64,000 bases of DNA from Sedimentisphaeraceae bacterium JB056. GTDB lineage: Bacteria; Planctomycetota; Phycisphaerae; Sedimentisphaerales; Sedimentisphaeraceae. Shown here one piece after another: positions 1 to 9,204 of the stretch (position 1 is its first letter; the number at the start of each line of letters is the position of its first letter). The position numbers and the translations under genes are program-made. The notes below the pieces were generated by a model. It was not told the origin of the DNA, did not search any database, and worked only from the letters and a program-made list of their open reading frames with translations. The DNA lies in assembly GCA_044440125.1 (NCBI GenBank), contig JBITAJ010000027.1:1-64000 (forward strand), written 5' to 3'.

Positions 1-250
1 CTCAAAATTAGTCAAAATGCTTCCTGTAATGGAAAAAACAAGTTTTTTAACCAGACGATCAATGAATACCATGCGAAATATCAATGCCTGTCAAAACAAA
101 GGCAAACTAAGACTCGAAAACCTTGCAAACGGAATAACTCGCATAAATCATCTGATACATCATAGAATTATTGCAAAGTTTGTCTTTACTGTTTTTGAAT
201 ATTATTTACAATAGTTATTTAATATACGATTTTTAAGAAGATATGGGGGC

Positions 251-2059
251 TTGAGAAAGGGAATTATCGTGACAAAGGATAATAACATAACAAAGTATTC
301 CGCTGCCGTAACACTTTCGGATATGGAGATTTTCGTTTTTCCGGAATTGATGTACAGCGTAGTTCTGGCCAATATAATGAGTCCGCTTCTATGGAATTGG
401 CGGGAACTTTCCACTTTCAAGAAACTTCGCAAAAAACCTGCCCACCGGCGTCTCGGCCGGCTCAGGCAGTTTATAATGGACGAGTTTGATTTCAACCTCG
501 ACCTCAATACGTGGGGTTTGACTGATAAGGACAGGGAAATTGCACGGTTTGCACCGTTTATCAGTCCGGAGAAGATTGCCGACAGTAATGCGCTTTTCGG
601 ATATCACGGCGATGAGTACTATTTTGATATAGGAATTCGGCGTCATTTTGGTCTTGATAAATATGAAGGCAATATCATCCCGTACTGGAAAACCGAGACC
701 ATTGAGGCTATGGACGCTTTTCGGTATAAGCAGGGCTACAGCAGCGGTGCCGGTGAGTGCGTGTCGTTAGCGGCTCTTTATCTTGCGGCGGCATATATCG
801 TTTGCGACATCCCGCTTGAGGATATGTACATGATACTCACTCCTCTGCACTCTCAGAATTATATTGATACGCATGACGGCATGATAACCAATAACCGCCG
901 TATCGTTACAAAATCAATGTGGTTCAATGGTACGGTTATTACCGAGAAGGCACAGCGTGCGATAAGAAACGAGAATGTAACTATCGTCTCCCATTCAAGC
1001 GGCCATATACATTGCATTTATGATAATGCTACGATAAATCCGAAAAATTATGAGGATTTCTCTCAGAAGCTCAGGCAGTTTCTTTCAACAGATATAGACC
1101 TTACTATTTTCGGCAATTTCCTTCGCAGTGAGCGGAGATTTATGAAGTATTTCGCTTTTTGCAGGAATTATCATGGCAAAAAGACATTCATTTGTGCGGA
1201 GATATTATTCCGTTATGAACACAGTAGTAAGTACCGCATTGCTCCTGAGAGTCTTGATAAACTCTTTGACGAGGTTTCTGATGAAGATTTCTGCTGCTGC
1301 AACGGTGAGCACAGAATCAGCGTGGAGCAGTTTGTGAAATTCCTCTGCAAGGCTAAGATAGATGTGCATAAGGATGAAGATGCTGAGCGGCTGAAGGAAT
1401 ATCTCGTGAAATATATGCCTGATGCCGATGAGTTCATTGATTCGTTGCGTGATTTCATTAAGATTGAGCCTAAGTTGCCTTCTGCGGAGAAGAATTATAT
1501 CGACAGTCAGGATATAAAAATAGACCCCGGAACATCTCGTGAGGATATTATTGATTACCTTGAGGGTATTCGTGGCAATAATCTTACAGCGGAGCTTGCT
1601 TTTTATGCCTACAGGGATATGAGCCGTATTGACTGGCAGCCGTTTATGGTTGCATGCATGGAGAGGTCGCCGGTTTCGATTGAGCAGTGCGCGAATATAG
1701 AGGATGTTGACGGCGTTTATAACTGGCTTGCTGATATGGAGAACAGGTCGATCTATGACGGCAAGCGGCTTGCACATCCCGATGAGGTTGTGAATTTCAC
1801 ACGCGGTGACGGGATAGAAAAGGCGATAACGCTTGCTAATGTACTGTATTACAGGTATCCGCAGCTTCCTGTAAGGATTGAAATAGACCGTGCGAATGTG
1901 GCGGTATATCATAATGACATAGAATATGATTTTGATTCTACGAAGGATATTGTAAAGACTATAGATATCCAGCCCGGTGATTACGGCAAACCAACCGTGA
2001 CAGAAGGCACGCAGGGTAACATGATGCTTGACGAGGACTATGTGGCATCAGATTTTTAA
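251..2059 (+). CDS. Conserved hypothetical protein, possible transglutaminase/papain-like fold
   Basis: 602-aa ORF; motifs GAGECVSLAALY and PLHSQNYID, plus a second GDGIEKAITLA motif; start uncertain (TTG 251 or a later ATG). Confidence 0.7.
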   Translation: MRKGIIVTKDNNITKYSAAVTLSDMEIFVFPELMYSVVLANIMSPLLWNWRELSTFKKLRKKPAHRRLGRLRQFIMDEFDFNLDLNTWGLTDKDREIARFAPFISPEKIADSNALFGYHGDEYYFDIGIRRHFGLDKYEGNIIPYWKTETIEAMDAFRYKQGYSSGAGECVSLAALYLAAAYIVCDIPLEDMYMILTPLHSQNYIDTHDGMITNNRRIVTKSMWFNGTVITEKAQRAIRNENVTIVSHSSGHIHCIYDNATINPKNYEDFSQKLRQFLSTDIDLTIFGNFLRSERRFMKYFAFCRNYHGKKTFICAEILFRYEHSSKYRIAPESLDKLFDEVSDEDFCCCNGEHRISVEQFVKFLCKAKIDVHKDEDAERLKEYLVKYMPDADEFIDSLRDFIKIEPKLPSAEKNYIDSQDIKIDPGTSREDIIDYLEGIRGNNLTAELAFYAYRDMSRIDWQPFMVACMERSPVSIEQCANIEDVDGVYNWLADMENRSIYDGKRLAHPDEVVNFTRGDGIEKAITLANVLYYRYPQLPVRIEIDRANVAVYHNDIEYDFDSTKDIVKTIDIQPGDYGKPTVTEGTQGNMMLDEDYVASDF

Positions 2060-2133
2060 CGTTTAATGAGTAGTGTTGGCGGGTGGATGCTGTCTGCCCG
2101 CTTTGAGTTGGAGTTAGTAATAAGTGTGAAGGA

Positions 2134-2823
2134 GTGTTGTTTATGGCTGTCAAGAGTTATAACCCGTTTATGTATCCGTTCAGTAAGCAGGGACTTATTA
2201 ATATCGTTACGATAATAATTATATTTTTGGTCTCCAGTTTCCTGAGTGTTTTTACAAGTTTCATGTTTCTCGGGTTTGTTTTACGACTGCTGCTTAATCT
2301 GATTGCATTCGGTTATTTCTTTATGTATCTTAATCTTTGTATTGTTGACAGCTCCGATGGCGGGCTGGTTGCTCCAGATACAACGCCCGGCAGCGGCGGA
2401 ATGGGCGATCTGGTGGAGGAGCTTAAATGGGGTGTTTTACCTATAGTAGCCTGTTTGCTGCCTGTTTTCCTCTATACAGTTTTCAGTGAACATCCTGTCA
2501 GAGGAGTCTTTCTTATTCTGTTTTTCGCAGGTATTTTCGTATACCCAATGTTGAGCTTGCGTACGGCTATGTTCAGGCATGTATCAGCATTTAATCCGGT
2601 AGCAATACTTTTCAACATAATCAGATTCTTTCCGGGGTACATATCACTGGTTGTAGCTATTGCGGTGGCGTTTGTACCTGTAGTGGCAACTGTTTACATA
2701 TCAGACCGTAACCCAATAGCCTCTTTGCTTGTGATGCCATGGTTTCTCTACGGCTGCATAGTGCTCTCACACCTGATAGGAAGATTCTACTTCAACAGAA
2801 AAGATAAACTCGATTGGGATTGA
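2134..2823 (+). CDS. Multi-pass membrane protein (DUF4013-like)
   Basis: About 6 hydrophobic segments; N-terminal FMYPF pattern. Confidence 0.6.
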   Translation: MLFMAVKSYNPFMYPFSKQGLINIVTIIIIFLVSSFLSVFTSFMFLGFVLRLLLNLIAFGYFFMYLNLCIVDSSDGGLVAPDTTPGSGGMGDLVEELKWGVLPIVACLLPVFLYTVFSEHPVRGVFLILFFAGIFVYPMLSLRTAMFRHVSAFNPVAILFNIIRFFPGYISLVVAIAVAFVPVVATVYISDRNPIASLLVMPWFLYGCIVLSHLIGRFYFNRKDKLDWD

Positions 2824-2851
2824 TGATAAATTTGCGTTTTACAAGGCTGAT

Positions 2852-4663
2852 ATGAATATTTCGAAGATTTTTCTGTTTATACTGCTAAGTTTCGGCAGTG
2901 TGTTTGCCGGTATTGTTAAGGATGAAGTCCTTAAAGAGGAGCTTGCTAAGCAGTCCGGCAAAAATAATGACCTGACATTTGCTGATTTACTGAAAATCAA
3001 AGAAGTTTCCATACATGATAAGGATATAAAGACATTAGAAGGTTTGGAAAATTGTTATAATCTTGAGAAACTGGAACTTAGGGATTGCGGTATTGAAGAC
3101 ATATCCTGCTTGTCTTCTATCAGGAAGCTTAAATATTTAGAACTTTCTAACAATCCCATCACAGACCTTAAGCCTTTGGAGAATTTGGCACGTTTGGAGT
3201 TTTTGTCATTGTCTCATTTTGAAACGGAAGATTTGCAGCCGTTATCTAATTTGACTGATCTGAAAGAGCTGCGACTTTCTAACAATGAGATAACTGATAT
3301 TACGGCATTAGGGAGTTTGATTAATCTGGAGTCATTATCTCTAATGATAATGCCGGTCAGTGATATTAAGCCGATATCAAAGCTTAAAAAACTTGAAAGT
3401 TTCTGTATGCTCTGCTGTGATGTCAGTGATGTAAGCCCAATTGCTCATCTGGAAAGTATTAAGTCGTTGTATCTTTGCGATAACAGAATTTATGACATTA
3501 ATCCTTTGGAGAAGATGATACTGTTAGAGACATTGCATCTTTGGAATAATTATATAGAAGATGTGTCTGTTCTGACGAAATTGAATAATCTTGAAAAGGT
3601 TTCTTTGATCCGAAACCCATTATCTTCAAATTATCCTTCAATAAAAAAACAGATTTTAGCTAATAATCCTGATGTGGAATTGGACGATGATCAACGTGTT
3701 GTTTGCGGCGAAGATATTCAGGTTTCCTGTGGTCAGCAGTATATTGCAGTGCAGGCAGGGGTTGCGGTAAGCGATAGATTGAAGCCGTATTTTTGCGGCA
3801 GGGTAAAGGTTGTCGATGTATTTGACAGAAAAGTTTATGATGTTGCCGATTCTGCTTATACCATAGCGGTTGATTGGACTTTAAATAATGGCAGACAGAC
3901 TTTGTATTATGCAACGAGTGATACTGTTGAACTTAGGGCAAATAAGATTAAACGCGGTTATATTAGACCTGAAGGTGGTTTGGTATATGACAGTGAATTT
4001 GAGATTGAATTTACTCCTTTTCTAATGTCAAATTTAAGTGTAAGTCCTAATGCAAATATAATACTTGCATACAAAAACAACAGTGATTTCCCCAGAGATG
4101 TTGGAACCCTGATTGTTTGGGATAAAGATAGAGTTGAGTTCAATGATGTAGGATTGCTTGTTAGTCCCAAGGTTAAAATAGGCTGGTTAGACGAAAAAAC
4201 GGCATTGGTGCTTACATTTGATAGTTCGTGCAAAGGTGTGTTGAAGCGTATTGATTTTGATGATATGGGGCATATTGTAAATCAGATATCGGTTGTTGAC
4301 GATTGTCTGGCTTTTCCCGGCGTATTTAATGGTGAGCCTTTTTATGTCAAAGAGTCTGGAATCTTTTATGGTGACAAACCTTGCCCGTTTGGCGAATCTG
4401 TTAAGGATATAATGGTTGGTGAGGGTACGATAGCTGTTGTGAAATATGATAGCGTTGAAATTTATGACAAACAGCTTACTAAGATTCAAGCCTGCTCTTT
4501 AGATGAGCGTTACGATGCTTTATGTTATAGCGGGAAAAAGAATGCCCTATATGGCAGATTGCTTTTTGAACCTGAGCAGGGTGTTTATGCGCAGGAATTG
4601 AATAAGCTTTCTAAGCCGGAGTTGTTTTATAAATTGGAAGATATAGAGGAATACAAGAAATGA
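2852..4663 (+). CDS. Secreted internalin-type leucine-rich-repeat protein with C-terminal beta-rich domain
   Basis: Signal peptide followed by ~22-aa LxxLxLxxNxIxDIxxL repeats. Confidence 0.85.
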   Translation: MNISKIFLFILLSFGSVFAGIVKDEVLKEELAKQSGKNNDLTFADLLKIKEVSIHDKDIKTLEGLENCYNLEKLELRDCGIEDISCLSSIRKLKYLELSNNPITDLKPLENLARLEFLSLSHFETEDLQPLSNLTDLKELRLSNNEITDITALGSLINLESLSLMIMPVSDIKPISKLKKLESFCMLCCDVSDVSPIAHLESIKSLYLCDNRIYDINPLEKMILLETLHLWNNYIEDVSVLTKLNNLEKVSLIRNPLSSNYPSIKKQILANNPDVELDDDQRVVCGEDIQVSCGQQYIAVQAGVAVSDRLKPYFCGRVKVVDVFDRKVYDVADSAYTIAVDWTLNNGRQTLYYATSDTVELRANKIKRGYIRPEGGLVYDSEFEIEFTPFLMSNLSVSPNANIILAYKNNSDFPRDVGTLIVWDKDRVEFNDVGLLVSPKVKIGWLDEKTALVLTFDSSCKGVLKRIDFDDMGHIVNQISVVDDCLAFPGVFNGEPFYVKESGIFYGDKPCPFGESVKDIMVGEGTIAVVKYDSVEIYDKQLTKIQACSLDERYDALCYSGKKNALYGRLLFEPEQGVYAQELNKLSKPELFYKLEDIEEYKK

Positions 4664-5613
4664 GCAGATTGTTTTTTTGTATGTTTTTATTTTTTGCATT
4701 GAATATCTGCTCAGCAGCGGATAAGGGGAGTGATGCGGCGGTTGTTGATGATCGTATTTGGCTTGATAATGGGGTTGTTAAGATTGCTATGAGCAGGGAT
4801 TATGGCGGGGCTATTGTCTGGGTTTCGGCTTCTGACTCGCAGGAGAATATGATAAATAATGCCGATAAGGGGCGGCAGCTTCAGCAGTCTTATTATGCAG
4901 GGAAATCACTTGACAGGACAAAAGAAGGTCAGTCGCCCAGTTGGAGCAGGTGGTCGTGGAATCCTGTACAGGCTGGGAATTTCAAGGGTGATAAGTCGGT
5001 TGTTCTTGATTTTGAGATAATCAATGACGGCAAGACGTTGTACAGTAAGACTCAGCCGCGTTTATGGGATATGGATGGCGAACTTGCAAAATGCTATATG
5101 TATCAGTGGGTTGAGATAGAGGATGGGCATGATAATGTGATTCATGTAAAAAACAAGCTTGAGTGTTTCAGGGATAAGCAGGATATATGGGGCGGTCCCA
5201 AGGCGTTATCACAGGAGTTGCCGGCGGTCTATGCCATAAGGAATATGAGCAAGATGGTGATATATGACGGCAAGGAGCCGTGGCAGAATAAGCCTTTGAC
5301 TCTCGTGAAATATACCGATAAGGATAATTGGATATGGACAAAGCAAAATCCGACAGAGCCCTGGGCGGCGTGTTTGTATCCGGAAACTAATTTCGGTTTG
5401 GGAGTTTACAGCCCATCGGCTAATCAGACATGGAATATGGGCTGGGTTGGCGAAAAGGGAACGGAATTCAGCGGCGCCACAATGCATTTTGCTCCAATAG
5501 GAAAGTGGCAGTTGTCGCATAATACAATAAAAGAGTTTGAATATTGGATAATTGTCGGTAAAATAGGAGATATAAGGAGTGAGGTTTATAGGTTGCATAG
5601 TGTGAATAAGTAG
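4660..5613 (+). CDS. Secreted hypothetical protein (Trp-rich, possibly carbohydrate-active beta-sandwich)
   Basis: Signal peptide; ATGA-type overlap with the upstream gene. Confidence 0.65.
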   Translation: MSRLFFCMFLFFALNICSAADKGSDAAVVDDRIWLDNGVVKIAMSRDYGGAIVWVSASDSQENMINNADKGRQLQQSYYAGKSLDRTKEGQSPSWSRWSWNPVQAGNFKGDKSVVLDFEIINDGKTLYSKTQPRLWDMDGELAKCYMYQWVEIEDGHDNVIHVKNKLECFRDKQDIWGGPKALSQELPAVYAIRNMSKMVIYDGKEPWQNKPLTLVKYTDKDNWIWTKQNPTEPWAACLYPETNFGLGVYSPSANQTWNMGWVGEKGTEFSGATMHFAPIGKWQLSHNTIKEFEYWIIVGKIGDIRSEVYRLHSVNK

Positions 5614-5646
5614 TTTCAGTTTGTAATGCATCAAAGAGGAGTTCTT

Positions 5647-7008
5647 ATGACAGAAGTGGGAAGTTTTGAGAAGTGTGGAATTGATCCTTTACGCTGTACA
5701 GTCGTCAATCCTTATGACGGCTCTTCGGAGGGGCGTTTTGTTTTGTACTGGATGCAGGCGAGTATCAGGCATTACTCAAACGCATCTCTTGAATATGCTG
5801 CGATGGTAGCCAATGAGTTATCGCTGCCGCTTGTTGTATGTTTTGTCCTTACGGCATCTTACCCCAATTCCATGTATAGACATCTGCATTTCCTTGATCA
5901 GGGGTTGAGTGATGTTTCAAGGGGACTCAAAAAACGTGGCATAAGGTTTCTTGTACGCCTCGGCAGTCCGCCGGATGAAATACTGAAGCTTACTCCAAGT
6001 GCGGCTTTTCTTGTGACTGATTGCGGTTATATAAGAACCGAAAGAAAATGGCGCAGAAAAATATACGAAAAAGTGAAATGTCCGGCTGTTGAGATAGAGG
6101 ATAATGTCGTTGTGCCCGTAGAGGTTGCCAGCGACAAGGAGGAATATTCAGCAAGGACGATTCGTCCCAAGATTACCAAGCACCTCGATAGATTTCTTAA
6201 GCCGATAAAGCATGTGGTATACAATGCTGAATTAAGCGGCAGTGGGGTTCATACTGTTCAGACAAAATTTCTCGATCTGGTCGCAAAAAGTCTTGATGTT
6301 CCAAAGCTTGAGCCTACAAAATCTTATAAAGGCGGCGAGACCGAGGCCAGAAGTATATTGAATGATTTTATCGAAAACAAGCTTTCGCATTATGATAAAC
6401 GCAACGATCCCAATGCAGATGTCACTTCTCATCTTAGCCCCTACATACATTTCGGTATGATTAGTCCTATAGAAATAGCCTTGAAGGTTATGGGCAATAA
6501 GGGAAGTGAGGATTTTCTTGAGCAGCTTATAATACGCAGAGAACTTGGTATAAATTTCGTCTACTATAACAGCGGCTATGATGATTATAAGAAGGCGATA
6601 CCAAGCTGGGCAAGGGCAACGCTGAAAGATGCCGCCAGTGATAAGAGGGAATACACATATACACTTGAACAGTTGGAGGCAGCACAGACGCATGATCCGG
6701 CATGGAATGCGGCACAAAGGCAGATGGTCGATGATGGTTATATGTCAGGTTATATGCGGATGTATTGGGGTAAAAAGGTTATAGAGTGGACTAAAAAGCC
6801 CAAAGATGCGTTTGATATGTTGATTTATCTCAACAATAAATATGAGCTTGACGGCCGTGATCCTAACGGTTATTGCGGTGTGGCGTGGTGTTTCGGCAAG
6901 CACGACAGGCCGTGGACGAAGAGGCCGATATTCGGCACTGTACGATACATGAATTATGCAGGGCTCAAAAGAAAGTTTGATATAGACAAGTATTGCCGTG
7001 AAAATTGA
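5647..7008 (+). CDS. phrB: Deoxyribodipyrimidine photolyase, class II
   Basis: VLYWMQ, EYSARTIRPKI, SHLSPYIHFG, GYMRMYWGKK, YELDGRDPNGY and IFGTVRYM motifs; AGAGGA RBS before ATG 5647. Confidence 0.93.
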   Translation: MTEVGSFEKCGIDPLRCTVVNPYDGSSEGRFVLYWMQASIRHYSNASLEYAAMVANELSLPLVVCFVLTASYPNSMYRHLHFLDQGLSDVSRGLKKRGIRFLVRLGSPPDEILKLTPSAAFLVTDCGYIRTERKWRRKIYEKVKCPAVEIEDNVVVPVEVASDKEEYSARTIRPKITKHLDRFLKPIKHVVYNAELSGSGVHTVQTKFLDLVAKSLDVPKLEPTKSYKGGETEARSILNDFIENKLSHYDKRNDPNADVTSHLSPYIHFGMISPIEIALKVMGNKGSEDFLEQLIIRRELGINFVYYNSGYDDYKKAIPSWARATLKDAASDKREYTYTLEQLEAAQTHDPAWNAAQRQMVDDGYMSGYMRMYWGKKVIEWTKKPKDAFDMLIYLNNKYELDGRDPNGYCGVAWCFGKHDRPWTKRPIFGTVRYMNYAGLKRKFDIDKYCREN

Positions 7009-8186
7009 TGCTAAATAGGCACAAGACATTAGTGATAAGGCAAGAGATGCAAAATGATTATGGGAATATGACTTATGATGGCTTGCATGAGTATGCTTAT
7101 AATGCTAACGGTCGTTTGATTGGTGTTGACGGCGTGGTCAGTTATGAGTATGATGCTCTTGGGCGGCTGGCGATCAGTACTTCGGGCAGCGTTAGTACGT
7201 ATTATTACTATGACACAGCCGGGCGGGTTATCGCGGAGTATTCTACTTCTGATGACGGCTTGAACATGACGCTTGAGCGGTCGTTTGTATGGGGCAGCGG
7301 GTTTAATGAGATATTGGCGATGGATGACGGGACGAGCAGAAAATATATGCTGACGGATAGCTTAGGCTCCGTGGTGGCGGTTTATGATGAGACAACTGCC
7401 GCCGTGTGCTATACGACTTACGATGCGTATGGCAACAGCGATGCCGCTCCCGCATCTCCTTACGGCTACGCCGGTATGAGATACGCCGCAGAGTTCGACG
7501 GCTACATAACCCCCAACCGAGCCTACACCCCAAGAACAGGACGCTGGTTGCAAAAAGACCCATTAGGCACAACACCAAACCCGCAAACAGGGAATAGCTA
7601 TGCTCCATTAACTCAATATACAGATGGTGCTAATATTTATTTGTATGTTAATAATAATCCGATAAATGGTAGGGATTATTTGGGGCTAATGTCAGGTTAT
7701 AATCCAATGGATCCTTGGGAACCTGCTCTTCCTCCTGATTACTACAAATCTAAATCTGTCATGCAGGTTAATATAGAATCAGTCTGTGAGAAATATAAAT
7801 GTTGTTCTAAAACCACTGTAAAAAAATGTATTACTGACCTTACGGATTTAATTAGCGATTATCAGTCTAAAATGACAGATTTTATGAATTCTCAATCTGA
7901 TTACTGTGATTACAATTATTGCTATGAGTATCAGAGAGAGATAATGAGTTACGATCTCGGTAACGATAGTTTTACTGTAAAAGAGATGAGTGGTAAGAAA
8001 ACATGGCTTACTTTTGGCCCTCCAAAACAAGCAGAAGAGGGTGAGGACCCATCTCATGCTTTTGTGGGGGTATGGCATGTTTGCAATGATGAAGATTCTC
8101 CAGATCTTACTCTTGACCCTTGGGTTATGGGTAATATATGGCCTTTCGAAGGTAACCTCTATAAATATCCATCTGTATGGTTTTAG
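7008..8186 (+). CDS. 5'-truncated RHS-repeat core protein with variable C-terminal toxin domain
   Basis: YD repeats (YEYDALGRL, YYYDTAGRV), core motifs RAYTPRTGRWLQKDPLG and NIYLYVNNNPINGRDYLGL, then an AT-rich Cys-rich tail. Confidence 0.88.
   Translation: MLNRHKTLVIRQEMQNDYGNMTYDGLHEYAYNANGRLIGVDGVVSYEYDALGRLAISTSGSVSTYYYYDTAGRVIAEYSTSDDGLNMTLERSFVWGSGFNEILAMDDGTSRKYMLTDSLGSVVAVYDETTAAVCYTTYDAYGNSDAAPASPYGYAGMRYAAEFDGYITPNRAYTPRTGRWLQKDPLGTTPNPQTGNSYAPLTQYTDGANIYLYVNNNPINGRDYLGLMSGYNPMDPWEPALPPDYYKSKSVMQVNIESVCEKYKCCSKTTVKKCITDLTDLISDYQSKMTDFMNSQSDYCDYNYCYEYQREIMSYDLGNDSFTVKEMSGKKTWLTFGPPKQAEEGEDPSHAFVGVWHVCNDEDSPDLTLDPWVMGNIWPFEGNLYKYPSVWF
7014..7056 (+). repeat. 43-bp direct repeat, copy 1
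   Basis: aataggcacaagacattagtgataaggcaagagatgcaaaatg, identical to 8998..9040. Confidence 0.97.
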
Positions 8187-8198
8187 GAGTTAATTCTA

Positions 8199-8645
8199 AT
8201 GAGCAAGAATACTGAAAATAAAATTTTGTATCTCTTTATTGTTTTGAACATATTCTCGGTGTTAGTAACATTTTTTTTAATAGGCACGTATAAAACGAAT
8301 ATTCAAAACAAAATTTTAGTTCAGCAACGATATTTTTATGAAAAATATAATGAGTTAGAAAAACGTGAAATGTTTTTTTCTGGAAAAGAACCACCCTTTC
8401 AAGTTATTGAAAACGCATTTGGAGATAGAGAAGAAATTTTCTTAATTAAAAAATCATTAGGCAATTATATTTTAACATTTGGAAATGGAGAACAGTTTAT
8501 ATGCTCCTATTTTCCAGAAAAAAGATTAGCTCAATATCAGTTTAAGACAGAATTTGTGGACAGACTTATAGTGTCTTGCGGGGTGTTAAATTTTTTAATA
8601 CCAGTTATAATATTTTTCCTTGCAAGAAAGGCTCTTAGAGAATGA
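8199..8645 (+). CDS. Candidate immunity protein (two TM helices)
   Basis: Small AT-rich ORF directly after the RHS tail; AGGAG RBS; hydrophobic N- and C-terminal segments. Confidence 0.6.
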   Translation: MSKNTENKILYLFIVLNIFSVLVTFFLIGTYKTNIQNKILVQQRYFYEKYNELEKREMFFSGKEPPFQVIENAFGDREEIFLIKKSLGNYILTFGNGEQFICSYFPEKRLAQYQFKTEFVDRLIVSCGVLNFLIPVIIFFLARKALRE

Positions 8646-8755
8646 AACAGGGTCAGATCTGCTCTGTAGAAAAGGTTAGTTACACGCCGAATTATGGCGA
8701 TATTATGAGTCAGTGAAAAGAGCATCAACTCCCTACACTGCGCCCAATATTTCTT

Positions 8756-8781
8756 AAAAACAGGGGACAAAAACAGGGGAC
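8756..8781 (+). repeat. Tandem 13-bp duplication aaaaacaggggac (REP-like)
   Basis: Two exact adjacent copies; related aaacagggtcag near 8646. Confidence 0.7.
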
Positions 8782-8784
8782 AGT

Positions 8785-8999
8785 GGGGCTGTTGAAAAAG
8801 CCCTGTTTTGCCCGCTGAACTGCATTTGTTTTTTGTTTTCGTTTTTGGTGCCATATTTCTATACAACTTGTCATGCAAGCTCAAATTTAACTATACTTAA
8901 AGCTCTAGGCAATATTTCGACCAAAAATATCAATATATCTTCCAATAAGCCGGTTCCAAAGCTTGCCAGACGCTTAAGGTTTATGACTGCGGCAGTTAA
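8785..8999 (-). mobile_element. IS1182-family transposase 3' remnant with terminal inverted repeat
   Basis: Minus frame 8999..8871 reads LTAAVINLKRLA...*, typical of the IS1182 transposase C-terminus; ends in tttttcaacagcccc (8785..8799). Confidence 0.7.
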
Positions 9000-9040
9000 T
9001 AGGCACAAGACATTAGTGATAAGGCAAGAGATGCAAAATG
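8998..9040 (+). repeat. 43-bp direct repeat, copy 2
   Basis: Identical to 7014..7056. Confidence 0.97.
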
Positions 9041-9204
9041 GCGCGAGCCCAGCCTTCTGCCTAATGGCTATTGCCTATTTATATTTTGTGTTTGCTTTTT
9101 TGCCCGATTTATTTAAAATCCCCACTTTTAAGCGGTTTTGCGCGCATTGGCGGCGTTTAACCAACTTATTTATGAAAGTACAGACTTTTTCAGGAGTTAG
9201 ATAA

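Noticed and set aside
1..250. 65-aa ORF at 17..214
   Set aside because: No motif or RBS; likely intergenic or promoter DNA
7014..9040. 43-bp repeats as a CRISPR array
   Set aside because: Only two copies, 1941 bp apart, and no cas genes in the window
9039..9060. tggcgcgagcc as a tRNA 3'-end attachment site
   Set aside because: No T-arm (GTTCGA) or cloverleaf adjacent
8833..9204. 123-aa plus-strand ORF before thrC
   Set aside because: Spans the antisense of the IS remnant, the repeat and the thrC promoter region; it shares NRHKTLVIRQEMQN with the RHS ORF only because of the DNA repeat
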